From positions 108,066,001-108,130,000 of the forward strand of contig NC_043002.1 of assembly GCF_006345805.1 (NCBI RefSeq): 64,000 bases of DNA. The letters run 5' to 3'. This document shows, one piece after another, positions 62,828-64,000 of the stretch. The DNA is from Octopus sinensis. Its lineage: Eukaryota. Both the position numbers and the translations under genes were made by a program. The notes beneath the pieces were generated by a model. The model searched no databases. It was given only the letters and a program-made list of their open reading frames with translations, and was not told the origin of the DNA. Numbering within the stretch: the first letter of the stretch is position 1; the number at the start of each line of letters is the position of its first letter.

Positions 62828-63689
62828 TTGTGAATAGTTGAAAAGGATACTCAGTTGCTGGAGAAATCCTGCTACAAGATTAGAATTAGTCTGATTGATC
62901 CCCATTTTTCTGTCCACAAAATTACTAGCATCTAATATTCCCAGTGACTCATGGGATCATAAGATGCTTTTCACCCTTCTTGGGTTTTGTTAAAAATATG
63001 TGCCCATTTCTCACATGCTTTAACAAAATTTGTGCAATTGATACACGAGAAACAGTGAATACTACATGACTGACATTATGAAATGCCTACCAGGCTGTTA
63101 AAAAATTCAGTGAATGCAATTGAAACAGTATTATATATATATATAAGGCTAATATTGGTAAAATGAGACATACTTATCTACATGGCCGAAACAGCTGTAA
63201 GATGTAATCTATACTTATATTTATATTCTCTTTTTTATATATATTCTACTTATTATACAACATTACTCTTTTATGTACACTTTTTTATATGCATTCCTTT
63301 ATGTACACTGATTTGTTCTGCTTTTTTATGTTTAACCCTACAGTCTCTTATGTGGTGGTTTAATAAAGTATGTGATTGAGTATTATCTGGTAATTAATAT
63401 TTGATTTAGATGTATTTCTCCATTTTCTTATCTTGTGTATATATATATATATATATTATACACATACATACACACTGTAAAATGACTGGCTATGGCTTTT
63501 GGGCAAGGCAAAAATCACTTCACAAACCTGTAGTTTTTAATAAAACATGTCTTACAAAGAGATATTCTCTCTGAGAGAAACTGCAAAAGCAAACCTTTCT
63601 ATGGTGTATATACACACAGTATGATACACAGATATATACTATATGTATATATATAAATATATATATATATATCATCATGATCATGATCA

Positions 63690-63732
<43 letters not shown>

Positions 63733-63896
63733 TATTTATTAATTTGTGTTGCAAGATTCCTGATGTGAAACCATGTGTTGAAACAGATATTGTTGTATTT
63801 TGGGATGGTGATTTTTTTTTTTTGCCAAATAAACACACGCACCATATATTCGTTCTTCACTTGTTTATTACCGTTCCTATTCTAACTCATGTCCAT

Positions 63897-63942
63897 TGTC
63901 CAGAAATCTTTCGTCACACATTTGTGACCTCCTCAGATGACA
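63897..63942 (-). ncRNA. Hammerhead ribozyme motif (canonical core, imperfect stem I)
   Basis: Minus strand: tgtcat-CTGAGGA-g-gtcaca(aatg)tgtgac-GAAA-gat-TTC-tggaca. 6-bp stem II. Confidence 0.5.
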
Positions 63943-64000
63943 TCATAGCAGAACAGAATGGAATAAACAGAGCAAGAGCACACACGAAGAGAGAAAGTGT

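Noticed and set aside
4366-62917. Recurrent short ORFs such as FQSFDCGHAGAPP..., ...YIYIYI..., MFIERKHLK..., VVIPAVLFHHNF...
   Set aside because: Translations of SINE families A/B and microsatellites; repetition reflects repeat copies, not a protein family.

Overview
AT-rich, microsatellite-rich and repeat-dense eukaryotic (animal) genomic DNA. The SINE families resemble those of octopus/coleoid cephalopods (inference). Protein-coding content: (i) a 4-coding-exon Nudix CoA-diphosphatase gene, NUDT8-like, on + (30830-43365, 294 aa after manual splicing); (ii) a very large Ser/Pro-rich, probably terminal, coding exon of an unidentified minus-strand gene (57033-60382), whose reading frame changes near 59860-59960. 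Two near-identical tRNA-Glu(CUC) genes lie tail-to-tail at 25905-26208. Most of the rest is mobile DNA: three abundant tRNA-headed SINE families; RTE, CR1-like, CRE-like and R4/Dong-like LINE remnants; Tc1/mariner, hAT, piggyBac-like, Mutator-like and Helitron non-autonomous elements. The most notable unannotated signal is a set of sequence-unrelated small insertions carrying minimal type-I hammerhead ribozyme motifs (CUGANGA...GAAA...UH with palindromic stem III). Several are inverted duplications or sit in (TA)n tracts, as Penelope-like/retrozyme elements do, and one has a tRNA-like Pol III head. Nearly all short ORFs in the supplied track are spurious translations of repeats. All calls are by eye; no searches were run.
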